DNA of 64,000 nt from Octopus vulgaris. Its lineage: Eukaryota. Where the stretch lies: NCBI GenBank assembly GCA_951406725.2, contig OX597819.1, positions 96,968,001 to 97,032,000 on the forward strand, in the 5' to 3' direction. Made by a program: the position numbers and the translations under genes. Below the pieces are notes generated by a model. That model ran no database searches. It was not told the origin of the DNA and saw only the letters and a program-made list of their open reading frames with translations. Below, piece by piece: positions 51,380 through 63,061 of this stretch (its first letter is position 1; each line of letters starts with the position of its first letter).

Positions 51380-52040
51380 ATCATCATTATCACTGTTTAA
51401 CGTCTGTTTTCCATGCTGGCGAGGGTTGGATGGTTTGACTGGATACTGGCAAGCGAGGAGGCCACACCAGGCTCAATCTGATCTTGCAAAGTTTCTATAG
51501 ATGGATGCCCTTCCTAACGCTAACCACTCCGAAAGTGTAGTGGGTGCTTTCTACGTGCCACTGGCATAGGAGCCAGTCAGGAAGAACTGGTATCGACCAC
51601 GTTCAGATGGTGCTTTTTACATGACACTAGCATGGGGAGCCAGTCAAGTGGCTCAGGCAGTGACGCACGCATGAATGAATGGTGCTTATTGTGTGCCACC
51701 AGCACTGGTAATGGCCACAACTACAATTTCCATTTGATTGTGATTTGATTTGATTTACTTGACTCAATAGGTCTCCTCAAGCACGGAATGTTGCCCGACG
51801 ATTCAAAGGTACTTTTTAAATGGGCTGGTTATGTGACACTGGTGTAGGGTATGGCTGTGATCTCACTTTCCTTGCTGGGTCTTCTAAATCACAGCATATT
51901 TCCAGAGGTCTCTGTCTTTCATCATTGCCTCTATGAAGTCCAACATTCGAGGGTCATGCTTCATCACCTCATCCCATGTCTTCCTGGGTCTGCCTCTTCC
52001 ACGGGTTCCTTCCACTGTTAGGGAGTGACACTTCTTCACA
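51380..52040 (-). mobile_element. 5'-truncated RTE LINE: ORF C-terminus, full 3' UTR and tail
   Basis: [29 protein letters not shown]...DRDLWKYAV, continuing into the family B sequence. Confidence 0.88.
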
Positions 52041-52149
52041 TGTTTATACATATATACATATGTTTAAACATATATATATATATAAATATATATATATCCA
52101 TGTTTATATATATATATATGCTTATGTATATACATATTTGTGTGTGTGC

Positions 52150-52185
<36 letters not shown>

Positions 52186-52565
52186 GTATATGTATGTATG
52201 TATACATTCTTATTTATATAGATATTAGTGTGTCTACAGGTGCATGCAAAATGCCAACATACACACAGGTCTAGACATGAACACTCTGTTTTTGAAAATA
52301 TTTTAAAAATATTACTTAAACAATGCAATTTCACAAAGAAAGTTACTTGAGTGACCTTGCTTGGCCTTTATGGAGTTTAAGACATAGGGAGTATTCTCAC
52401 CACAGTCAAAAATGAAATGGAGAATCTGAGAGTCTGAAACAGGCATTTTTTACATACGTTACTCACAAGGTGGATTTACCACGCATAGTATTTAACATAC
52501 CTTTATTTGTCTTTGTTGTCCATACACACAGGCATACATACACATATGTACATACATACATACAT

Positions 52566-52620
<55 letters not shown>

Positions 52621-53769
52621 CACACAAACATATATATTTATACACATACATACATACATATGTATTTATGTGTATATACATGCCTTTTACAAATATAAAA
52701 TTATATACATAATGACACAGTAAAAGACAGTTGTATGATGAAAAATATATGAAGAACCAACAGAAATTAGCAACTAACACCTTAGCAGGTTGTGTCAATA
52801 TGGTCACAGTGTAATGGGTGAAATCAGTAAAAGACAAACTATGCTCCCAATAGAGAACCACTGACAATAAATGCAAAAGTATTAATTAAAACAGGAAAAA
52901 CTATAACTAATTATTTTTGAAATATTAGAAATGTTCATTTTCTTGTCATACAAAGAAACAGGTGCAAACTGTACGAATACACCCTTGTAAAACACACTGG
53001 AAGTCCACTGATTAAATTAACACATTATGATTTATACATTAATTACTTCACAGTTATTAAGCAGAAACTGAATACATAGTTATATAACAATTTTTTTTTT
53101 TTTTTTTTTTTTCAATTCTATCTTTTACAGCATTATCTCTACAAGTCAGAGTCAATAAATTGTAATTTGAATTATATTCCAGGAGTTCAGAAGTTATTAC
53201 AAGTTATCCTTGAGATTCATTTGTTTGTCTTTCATACTCCTCAATTTTTTTAAATTTCAAAGAGTACCAAAGCTGAACAGAAAAAGCTTAAGGATTGCTT
53301 ATTTATATACGCTAGAGAGATTTAAGTAAAACACATGAATCTGGAGGACTGCTTGTATCGAATTATAAGGCAGTATTGTGTATGACATATGGGGAGTAAA
53401 CTAGTGAACAGTACTGCCCCTATCTCTAACCATCGCTCTGCTCTCGCACTCCTATTACCTACCTTTTCCTCCCCTCTCCCTGATTCACTGTTTATACTCT
53501 TCCTTATACTCACCTTCTTGTACCTTGAGAGCACACTCCAGCACCCTGTTACTACCATTTTTATCTCCCTTCCAGCTACTCCCACCTATTCTCATATAAT
53601 GTTTGGTGAGAGGGACATGTATCTCCTCTGTAGCAAGATACCAATGCTTGTGCCTCAATCATACTTTAGCCTTCACCACCTGTCATAAAGGCACCTACCC
53701 CTCTCTCAAGTACACTTCCACACAATCAAGAGGCCTTTTACCTTTCTTCTCTTTATCATGCAATCTACT

Positions 53770-53945
53770 TGCTGATCCCACTAGTGCTGCTGTTATGAAA
53801 AAAGCACCTAGTACACACTGTTAAGTGGTTGGCATTAGGAAGGGCATACAACCACAGAAACCATGAGCCTTGTGGCTCATTGGATTCTGTTGAACTGTCC
53901 AACCCCTGCTAGCATGGAAAAAAAGACATGATGATGATGATGATA
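53770..53945 (+). mobile_element. RTE tail element (family B)
   Basis: GGCATTAGGAAGGGCAT...CATGGAA...(GAT)n. Confidence 0.8.
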
Positions 53946-54120
53946 GTTATTACTGAACTAGTGCACAGTATTATGTAAGACATAGTTACTATTAGACTAA
54001 TTAAGATTATATTAAACATACAGTTGTTACTGAACTATTGAACATTATATATAATAGTTATTAGTGAACTAGTGAATAATATGCATAACACAGTTATTAC
54101 TAAAACAGTGAACATCATAA
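53945..54120. repeat. Degenerate ~37 bp minisatellite (AGTTATTACTGAACTAGTG), ~5 copies
   Basis: Direct inspection. Confidence 0.7.
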
Positions 54121-54505
54121 ATAACATCATATAGATAACAACAACATAGATACTTTGATTGTCAAGACACAGAAAAGGTTGTAGTTTAGAATAATTAAAT
54201 ACATGTAACGTAACTACCTGCTTAAATCCATAATACTGCTGCTAGATACAGCCGTGATTTATTATTAAATATAAATATGGTTATTGTATATTTTATTGAT
54301 GAAAATATCATGGCAGGTTTTGAACTAAGACACACACACAGCAATGAATTCAATAGCATAATGTATCTAGAGTGTTACGCAGTAATCTGCACCAGCTTAC
54401 AATAACAATTGAGAAGACAGAGAGAGATAGAGAGATGATAGAAAGACAGATAGACAGACAGAAAGAAGCCTGTATGAGAGAGGTTGGTAGATAGAGAGAT
54501 AGAAA

Positions 54506-54589
<84 letters not shown>

Positions 54590-55174
54590 GAGTATGTTCA
54601 TTTTCTCATTATCTATTACTGATACAAAAGACATGACCATGGTAGCCTAGAGGATGTTTACATATGGATAAGGTTTCAATCTGAGATAAATTCTTGCACA
54701 AAATATCAATAAAAGACTCAGGAAATTTGAATGTTTCTCATTTAGAAGGAAAAAAAGAAAAGAAGAAAAAAGAAAGGAAGAAAAAGATAAATTGGAATTA
54801 AACAAACAAAAACAACAAAAGAATTTAGAAGAATATAAGAAATGGTGGGATTGGATTATTAGAAATAATTGATTTCTAACAGAATCTGATGTGGTAATGG
54901 TTTTGGTAGTGGTGGTGGTGGTGGTGGCAATGACAATGATGATCATGATAACTGTAGGCTTGTAGTACTGTTTGTTACAATAATTAAATGGTTTCCACAA
55001 CATCTACAATGGCAAAAAAAAAGGGGTGGATAGGTGGCAAGTCATAGTTGTTTAGACCTCAGATTAACCCTGAGTGAGCAAACTTATGGTCAAAGGAAAC
55101 CCAGTCATGACCACTGCATCTGCTTAGGATTGTGTAGGAATATACTATCTAATGTACTCTTATTTGTTTAATAC

Positions 55175-56940
55175 ATCTACACATGACTAGATGTCTTTAG
55201 TTAGGCAAGGACACAACTAAATGTCTTTAGCTAGACATTGAGATTGTCTAAAATTGAACTGACATAAGAAAAAGAAACCATCAATAGACCATTCTACAGG
55301 TAGATGGTCTATAGTTAGACCTAAACAGTACACAACTAGATAGTCTATGCAGTTAGCTATAGCGAGACAACTAGATGGTCTATATGGTTAGATATAGCTA
55401 GACATTTACACTGACATAAATTTGGCTGCTATTTTTAGCAGATTAAGTGACTAGAGACTAGGTATGGGCAACCTTTCTTTTGTAGTGGATCACATGAGAC
55501 ACGGCTCATCAGGTGGACTGTACTATTAAAAAATTGAAGGTAATTTTTCATTAAGCATGCCATTCAGAAAGTCCCAAAGCATGAAGGTTGCCTACGACTG
55601 CAATAGATGTTCTCTTTATTGGTTTCACTCAGTTATTGAGTGAAGCAATAGGGTGGAGTCAAAAGACAAAGATTGTCAATTCTAATATTATTGAGGTTTT
55701 GGGTTATAGATGAGGGAATTAAAAAATGATAATGATGATGATGATGGTGGTGTTGGTCAGAGTGAAGGAAAGAAAGTGAGAAGTAGAGAGTTGGGAGTCA
55801 GTGGGGAACAAGATAAAATTGGGTTGAGGTTGTAGAATAATTGAGATGGAGGAGAAAGCAAATAATGAATGTGAGGCTTGAATAAACAAAAATTCTGGCA
55901 GGACATAACTAGGAGATCAGTCTACTCTGAGAGATGACCATAGCTAAAAGATTAAACAACAAGATAGACATAACAAATGTCCAAGTTGCTAGCTGACCAT
56001 AATCACAAGGTGAAGTTGCTAGATGACAATCACTTAAACAGTTAGGCAGCTAGATGTACCATAGGCAGGTGGTCAAAGACAGACTACAATAGAGCTAGAT
56101 AGTTACTATGCTGAAGTTATACAAATAAACTTATATAGCTGTAGAAAATCAGAGTAAGAGATAGACTAACAGACACCTCAATGGTATGTAATTAGACAAC
56201 CTTCGCTGGTAAAGGAGGGAACATTACATCACAACATTGACAATAATTAGACATACATGAGCAGTTATAGATAGCCCATAACACAATACACAGGTAGATT
56301 GTTATGGATAGAGCACTAGATAACTAGTTTGTATAAAATTATACCAATAACTAGAAAGTTATAGACAGACCAATAAACTGGTCTACTGTTAAACATGCCC
56401 TGATAATCAAAGATAGACTACTACACTACATGACTAGCTGTCTTTAGTTAAGCAGGGAAACATCTACATGCCTAATGTCTTTAGCTAAACATCTAGATTG
56501 TCTAAAACTGAACTGATATAAAAAAAAGAAACCATCAATAGACCACTAACTATACAGCTAGACATACATATGACAGCTATAGATAGACCACTATACAGCT
56601 AAATGGTCTGCAGTTAGACCTAGACAGACCAGTACACAACCAAATGGTCTACATAGTTAGCTATAGATAAACTACTTGATAGTCTATAGTTAGATAGCTA
56701 ACTATACAGTTAGATATATTAATAGCTAGGTGGTCTATATATTAATAGTTAGATATAGCTAGACCACTACATTGCTAGTTGATCTATAGTTAGACAGCTA
56801 TAAATAGACCACATCTACAATTAGACAGCTACTCGATGGTCTATAGTTAGAGAGCTATAGTTAGGCCATTAGACTGGCAGATGGTTAATAGTTAGACAGC
56901 TATAGATAGACTACTACTCCACTAGAGTTTTATTTAGACT
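55175..56940. repeat. TAG/CTA-rich degenerate satellite with a ~230 bp direct duplication (55175-55405 and 56425-56700)
   Basis: Shared ACATGACTAG.TGTCTTTAGTTA...AAAGAAACCATCAATAGACC; recurring TAGACC, GGTCTA, CTATAG and TAGCTA. Confidence 0.8.
55460..55600. mobile_element. Degenerate hAT-like MITE
   Basis: TGGGCAACCTT ... AAGGTTGCCTA. Confidence 0.55.
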
Positions 56941-57577
56941 ACCAGTGCCACAAGCTTCCTCTCTGTATTACAACAATGATCTATTGCTGCTGTTTATGAA
57001 AACCTTTAGACAGAATCTCACACTATGTTGTAAGAGCAGGTTTTCTCATTAAACCAGACTATTTTAGTTTGTTGCTTCCACAGAATATCATTGCTTTATT
57101 TCAGATGTAAATTCTCTAAGGATGCAGTGAGATGATACATTAAAAAAACATGAGAATGAAAAGGCACAATAGACATCAGATAAAAAGATACTTCAATCAT
57201 AAATGATTTTTAATTTGATTGAGTAGAATTGTTTTAACTGAAGATTTCTTTGAAATCTGTAATATGAAGAGACAAGAACCAGTAATTCAAAGTTCACACA
57301 GCTGCATTTATAAATAGGTGATGTGAGTGAATATATAGTGTGTATGTGCAGAGGGTGTTAGCATTGCAGACAGAAAGAGAGATGGGGAGAAAAAAGTAAA
57401 AACTGTGAAAGAGAGAGGCTGAAGAACTATGTGTGTGTGTGTGTGTGTGAAAAAGCAAGTATAGTGTACTTGTCTGTGAAATTAATTCAGTAGCAACCCA
57501 ACCAGAACCACCTCCACCTGCTAACACATCAAAAGTCAATCACAGTAAGACAATCCGGAGTTGCTTTAGTTAAATGC

Positions 57578-57892
57578 AGAGAGAGAAAGAGAGCTCAGAG
57601 GAGAGAAAAAGAGCTCAGAAGGAGGAGACATAGAGAGGAAGAGAGAGATAGAGGGAGGAAGAGAGAGAAGGGAGAGAGAGAGGAAAGGAGAAAGAGGGAG
57701 GAAGAGAGAGAAGGGAGAGAGAGAGGAAGAGGGAAAGAAGAGAGAAGGAGGAAGAGAGAGAAGGGAAAAACTGAAGAGGAGAGAGAGAGCTCAGAGGAGA
57801 GAAAGAGAGAAAAAAGGGAGAAGACAGAGAAATTAATCAGAGGGTGGGAGACAGGAGAGAGAGCTTAGGAGAGAAAGAGAGAACAGTGGGGA

Positions 57893-57971
<79 letters not shown>

Positions 57972-57990
57972 AGAGTGGGAAAGGGAGAAA
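57578..57990. repeat. Purine-rich GA tract ending in a long perfect (GA)n
   Basis: Direct inspection; reads as a CU-rich tract in the pre-mRNA. Confidence 0.95.
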
Positions 57991-58155
57991 TCTTGTCTGC
58001 ATTAGACTAAGCACTGAAAAGCCTCATTTTCTAGTCTTTCATTTGCTGCATTTCTGATAAGGGCCCAAACATGAATATGAAGAAGGCAATGGATTTTGTG
58101 TATTGTAAAAGCAGGATGATAAGAGGTTTTAAGGATGATGGTGATGCTTGATAAG

Positions 58156-58187
<32 letters not shown>

Positions 58188-58209
58188 AGGAAACAGTTTG
58201 AGTACTTAC

Positions 58210-58256
58210 ATCAACTTCACCTTGGTCGATGACATAAAAGTTATCTCCATCATCAC
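58210..58256 (-). CDS. Pka-R1: PKA regulatory subunit type I, exon A (47 nt): (G)DDGDNFYVIDQGEVD, CNB-A
   Basis: ttcag|GTGATGAT...GTTGAT|gtaagt. Peptide matches RI GDEGDNFYVIDQGETD, and the size and phase match my recollection of the corresponding human PRKAR1A exon. No upstream exon found in the window. Confidence 0.95.
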
Positions 58257-58728
58257 CTGAAGAGAAAAAGAGAAATCCAGAATTTACAGATGCAACAGAT
58301 AAAACAATTTCAAGTGTATGTCTGTGTAAGTGCACATGTATATGTGTGTGTGTGAGTGCATCAATTCAAGTGAAACTGGGGGCGGGGACAGAAACTGTGA
58401 AAGCCTGCAGAGCTGTAGCTGTAAATGAAAGGGGCCAGCTTTATCAGGCTGAATTAATGTCAAGATTACATTAGGGGACACTTGGCAATACTCAACTACT
58501 TCCTCACTAGCCAATCCACCATTACCAGAATGAATTTGGACACTTTACTACATGCTTATCAAACCTACACTATTAGGATAAATTGGAACTTATTACTACT
58601 ACTCATGCAACCTACACTTCTAAGATAAATTGAAAGATTTTACTACATACCTATTCAATGCATGCTATTAGTATGTGTGTGTGTACACCTGTCAATGATA
58701 TGAAAATAAATGTAATTGCACTCATCAG

Positions 58729-58772
<44 letters not shown>

Positions 58773-58799
58773 GACTCTTTACTATGAACCTATCTAATT

Positions 58800-59290
58800 C
58801 ATCATCATCATCATCATCATCATTTAACATCCGCTTTCCATGCTAGCATGGGTTGGACGGTTCAACTGGGGTCTGGGGAGCCCGAAGGCTGCACCAGGCC
58901 AGTCAGATCTGGCAGTGTTTCTACAGCTGGATGCCCTTCCTAACGCCAACCACTCCGAGAGTGTAGTGGGTGATTTTATGTGCCACCGACACAGGTGCCA
59001 GACGAGGCTGGCGAACGGCCACGCTCGGATGGTGTTTTTTATGTGCCACCGACACAGGTGCCAGACGAGGCTGGCAGACGACCACGCTCGGATGGTGTTT
59101 TTATGTGCCACCGACACAAGTGCCAGATGAGGCTGGCGAACGGCCACGATCGGATGGTGTTTGTTACGTGCCCACAGCACGGAGGCCAGTCGATGCGGTA
59201 CTGGCTACGGCCACGTTCGGATGGTTTTCTTGTGTGCCACCGGCACTGGTACCACAAAGATACAAATTCCATTGATGTTCATCTATTTTG
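58800..59290 (-). mobile_element. CpG-rich RTE tail element (family B) with ~4.3 copies of a 63 bp internal repeat
   Basis: Units start at 58978, 59041, 59103, 59166 and ~59232. Confidence 0.9.
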
Positions 59291-59408
59291 ATTTTTTGAT
59301 TAATTAAAACTAATGAGTGCAATCACATCCATTTTCATATCATTGACAGGTGTGTACATATATACACATACTGATGTGTATCTATAAACACATACATACA
59401 TGTGAACA

Positions 59409-59460
<52 letters not shown>

Positions 59461-59520
59461 TATATAATGTACATACACATATAAACATATGTATAGACAT
59501 GCACACAAACATATATACAA

Positions 59521-59650
59521 CAGGCTTCTTTTAGTTTCCATCTACCAAATCACTCCACAGTCTTTGGGCAACTTGAGGCAAAAGCAGAAGACACTTCTCC
59601 AAAGTGTCATGCAGTGGGACTGAACCTGAAACCATGTAGTTGGGAAACAA
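59521..59650 (-). mobile_element. SINE family A head (a second diverged head lies at ~59935-60090)
   Basis: CAGTGGGACTGAACC, AGAAGACACTT. Confidence 0.75.
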
Positions 59651-61081
59651 ATGCATACATGTACAGATATATACATATACATGCATGACTACATACATAC
59701 ATTCATACATACAAGCATATATCAATAAACACATTCAGGTATGAATGGATGTCCATTGGTTTTGATGGGGAGGATTCAGTCATTCAATGAACTGAGTTGC
59801 CTGATCATTAAATAAACATATAAGTGGTTGAGTATTCCATAGAGACATGTACTCCTAATGTCATCTTACAGAATCATTGTGACATAGTGAGTGACAAGGT
59901 TGGATCTTTGATATACATGTGCAGTGCATTCGATGGGCTTCCATACAATTTCTGTCAACCTAATTCACTCACAAAAGCTTTAGATCAACCCCTGGCTAAG
60001 GTAAAAGACACAAATCCAAGACGACATGCAGTGTGCTTGAACCTGGGACCTTGTGTTTGTGAAGCAAACTTCATAACCATTCAGCCATGCTGTGTTACAG
60101 GCATATACAAATGTATATCTGCAAGCAGATATGTATGCATATACACACACAGACATCTAAACATAATCTCAGACATGCAGATGTATATATGTAGAAACAC
60201 ACTTTCAGATGTAAATCTATCAGTACATATATTATACTGGTATACAGCTATAAGCACGCGACATGCACACCCACACACAGATGCATAAGTGTAAATACAT
60301 ATAGATGTATATCTATAAATACTGATGTACTGTTGAAAATATAGCCATAAATATATGTAAATGTGTTCAGATACACACAGATACACACTGATAAAAAGTT
60401 ATAAAACAAAATACACACACAAACAGGCAAACAAAAGAACATGCACACAAACACACATACGCACAAAAAGCTATATGATATAATCACATGCAAATAAAAG
60501 CACACAGTTACAGCTCTTAGACTAGATATAAATACATACAGACAAATGCACATACATACACATACAAATTATTTACTCTTACATTTTATTAAAATTTTTT
60601 ATTTATCTTTATGTTTTCTATAAATTATTACAGATTATTTTTGCATATCCCTTAAGCAGCACCTGCTCTTACCATTCGGTGTTGTCACAGATTCCTGTTC
60701 TAGGAATACTTACTAATATCATGCTTAGCTTCAAACATTTCCTGATATCAGTTTTGCATGCCACAAATTATCTTTGACATTACTTATAGAATATATTTTT
60801 ACTACATCATTTTTTTTTTCTTTTTCTATATTGATGTACATACATACTGCCTAACAGTTTGAAAACAGTCTTCACATATTTAAATTGCATTGTTATTCAT
60901 CATAGTGGTGACGTCATTGAAGATCTGGTCTCTGGATTCACTTATCTTACAATCCTAGCAATGCTATCTATCTGTTGATTCTCTTAAGATAATTATAGCT
61001 AGATGTACACTGAACGATATCTTTCTGTCTTAATATTAGGATAAATGAAAAAATTATCAGCCTATTCCAGATACTATTTAA

Positions 61082-62364
61082 CTCTTTTGTGACCATATTT
61101 CCAATAAAATATATATATGATCTGCATGGTTAATTAATTTTGGAAATAATCAAAAATTTAAGAGAATTAGAATAATAATAGCACTTTTAGTGTCCCAATA
61201 GTGTAGGAAACCTATTTTAACTCTTTAACTGCAAAATAAATTTCATGGTTATTCCAATACTGATGTTAAATAACTACAAAAAAAAAAACAAAAAACAGAA
61301 TTGGTATTTTCTGCATGTCACGTTGCCTCAATAAACTTGACATATCTCAACAGAAAATGGTTTCAAACATGACATTTCTCAAGAAAAGATACAAGGTGAA
61401 TTCCAGAAATTTTTTAGACACTTTCAGAAGAGACATTGATTAATTCTAAACGTGTAAAAATCTCTAATCTCCTTTAGAGTAGGATCCGCTGACTTCAGTG
61501 CACTTGTTGTCGCACTCTAGCCACTTTGTGAAGGTTCCATAGAAGTCCTCCAAAGTGAAGGTAACTAGGACCCTTGTCACATCCTCCATCTCCAAAACAC
61601 TTGTCCTTGAGGTTCTTCTTCCGTTTGGGGAATAACCAAAAGTCACAGGGAACAAGATCAGGACTGTAGGGATGGTGAAGCACAGTTTTGATGCCCATCT
61701 GTGTCAAGTAGTCAATTACCAGGATGCTCATCAATGAACAACATTACACATGTTCAGATATTGATGAGTAATTCTGTGTACAGTTGCCATACCAACAGAA
61801 AACAGTATACTTATTGTCCTTATAAGCACATAAGAGCCTTCATCTGGAAAATTATGAATCTTCTCAACCAGCTCTGATGTACTGACATCCCTCTCTTCCC
61901 CCCACACCTCTCATAATCTTTCACTTCTCCTCTATCATCTCTGAACTTCTTGCATCAGTGAAAAATTAATTCATAAGCATTCAGGAGTATTTCATAATTT
62001 TCTGTAATGTTTTTGCCCAGTTTAACATGAAACTTTATCGCATAGTGACCTTCTGAACATTCCAACTACATTCTACAAACTAGTCAGTTAGCTGTGACAA
62101 GCAATGTTTAGAAGGAAGTGTTCAAAGTGTTCTTACAGCCATCTCAATCTGGAATAACGAAAGTTAGCAGGTCAGCTTATTAGACTTATAGAAATGTATC
62201 GTAATTACAATAATCTAGGATAGTTATAACTGCCTCTCCTATAAAAGTCTCAACAGTCCAGGATCTAAAAGAATGCATCTTTTAGACTGGTATATAAAAC
62301 TGCTATCTGCAGTTAAGGGTAATGAAATTTTGAGTGGATATATCTGATTTCCACAGTAAAAGGG
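61082..62364. mobile_element. piggyBac-like non-autonomous element with nested insertions
   Basis: TTAA|CTCTTTTGTGACCATATTTC ... AAAAGGG|TTAA; left end related to the 10948-11157 MITE. Confidence 0.55.
61392..61745 (-). pseudogene. Mariner transposase C-terminal relic
   Basis: HHPYSPDLVPCDFWLFPK (YSPDLAPxD motif)...W..CDNKC.EV.GSY..GD. Confidence 0.9.
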
Positions 62365-63061
62365 TTAAGAGAAAAGGTTGTATTTTAAAATAGGAAAACT
62401 TCACACTTAACGGTTTGGCATTATAAAACTAGAAATGGTTCTGAACAAGTTGGCAACCAAATGGTTGAAGTGTTAAAATGTAAATGACGGGAGTGTTGAA
62501 AATATACTCTGGGCTGGGGGTTGGCAGAAGGTTATGTGTTAGCAAGGCCATACCTGTGATGATCACATAGAGGATAATATGGTAGTGGTGATGGAGGTGA
62601 TGTGGTATGTAGATGGTCGCTGAAGATTGTAGTAGTGGTGATGGTACTAAGTTAATGTCAGTGATGAATGATGAAGAAAGTAAAATTGGGTGTGGTAGTG
62701 ATGTAGGTTGATATGGTAAACAGGAAGTGGCAATGATGATGATGATGATGATGACAACAACAAGTCATGGTGATAGTGGAAGTTATGATTGATGATTCTA
62801 CTACAGTGGATGATGATTGTGATAAACATGAAGTAGATGATGGTGGTGGTTGTGCAAATGCAGACCAACATACACACACAATCATAAAATACAAATAAGG
62901 ACATATAAAGGAATAAAAACATAAAATATCATTGGTGCAAATATTTGGATAAAACAAATCCCAAAACATCTGAGTACAAGCCTCAAAAAGGTAAATATAC
63001 CATATAATCAGTAAGAAATAGAAACAAAATTGAAGGAAGAATAAAAACACATACAAATAAC

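Noticed and set aside
52461-52520. GTGAGT donor-like site suggesting an extra exon between A and B (also one at 31744)
   Set aside because: No good acceptor and no RI-like peptide; the known exons already join without gaps
58975-59255. CRISPR-like 63 bp periodicity
   Set aside because: The whole unit is repeated with no unique spacers, and it is internal to a retroelement UTR
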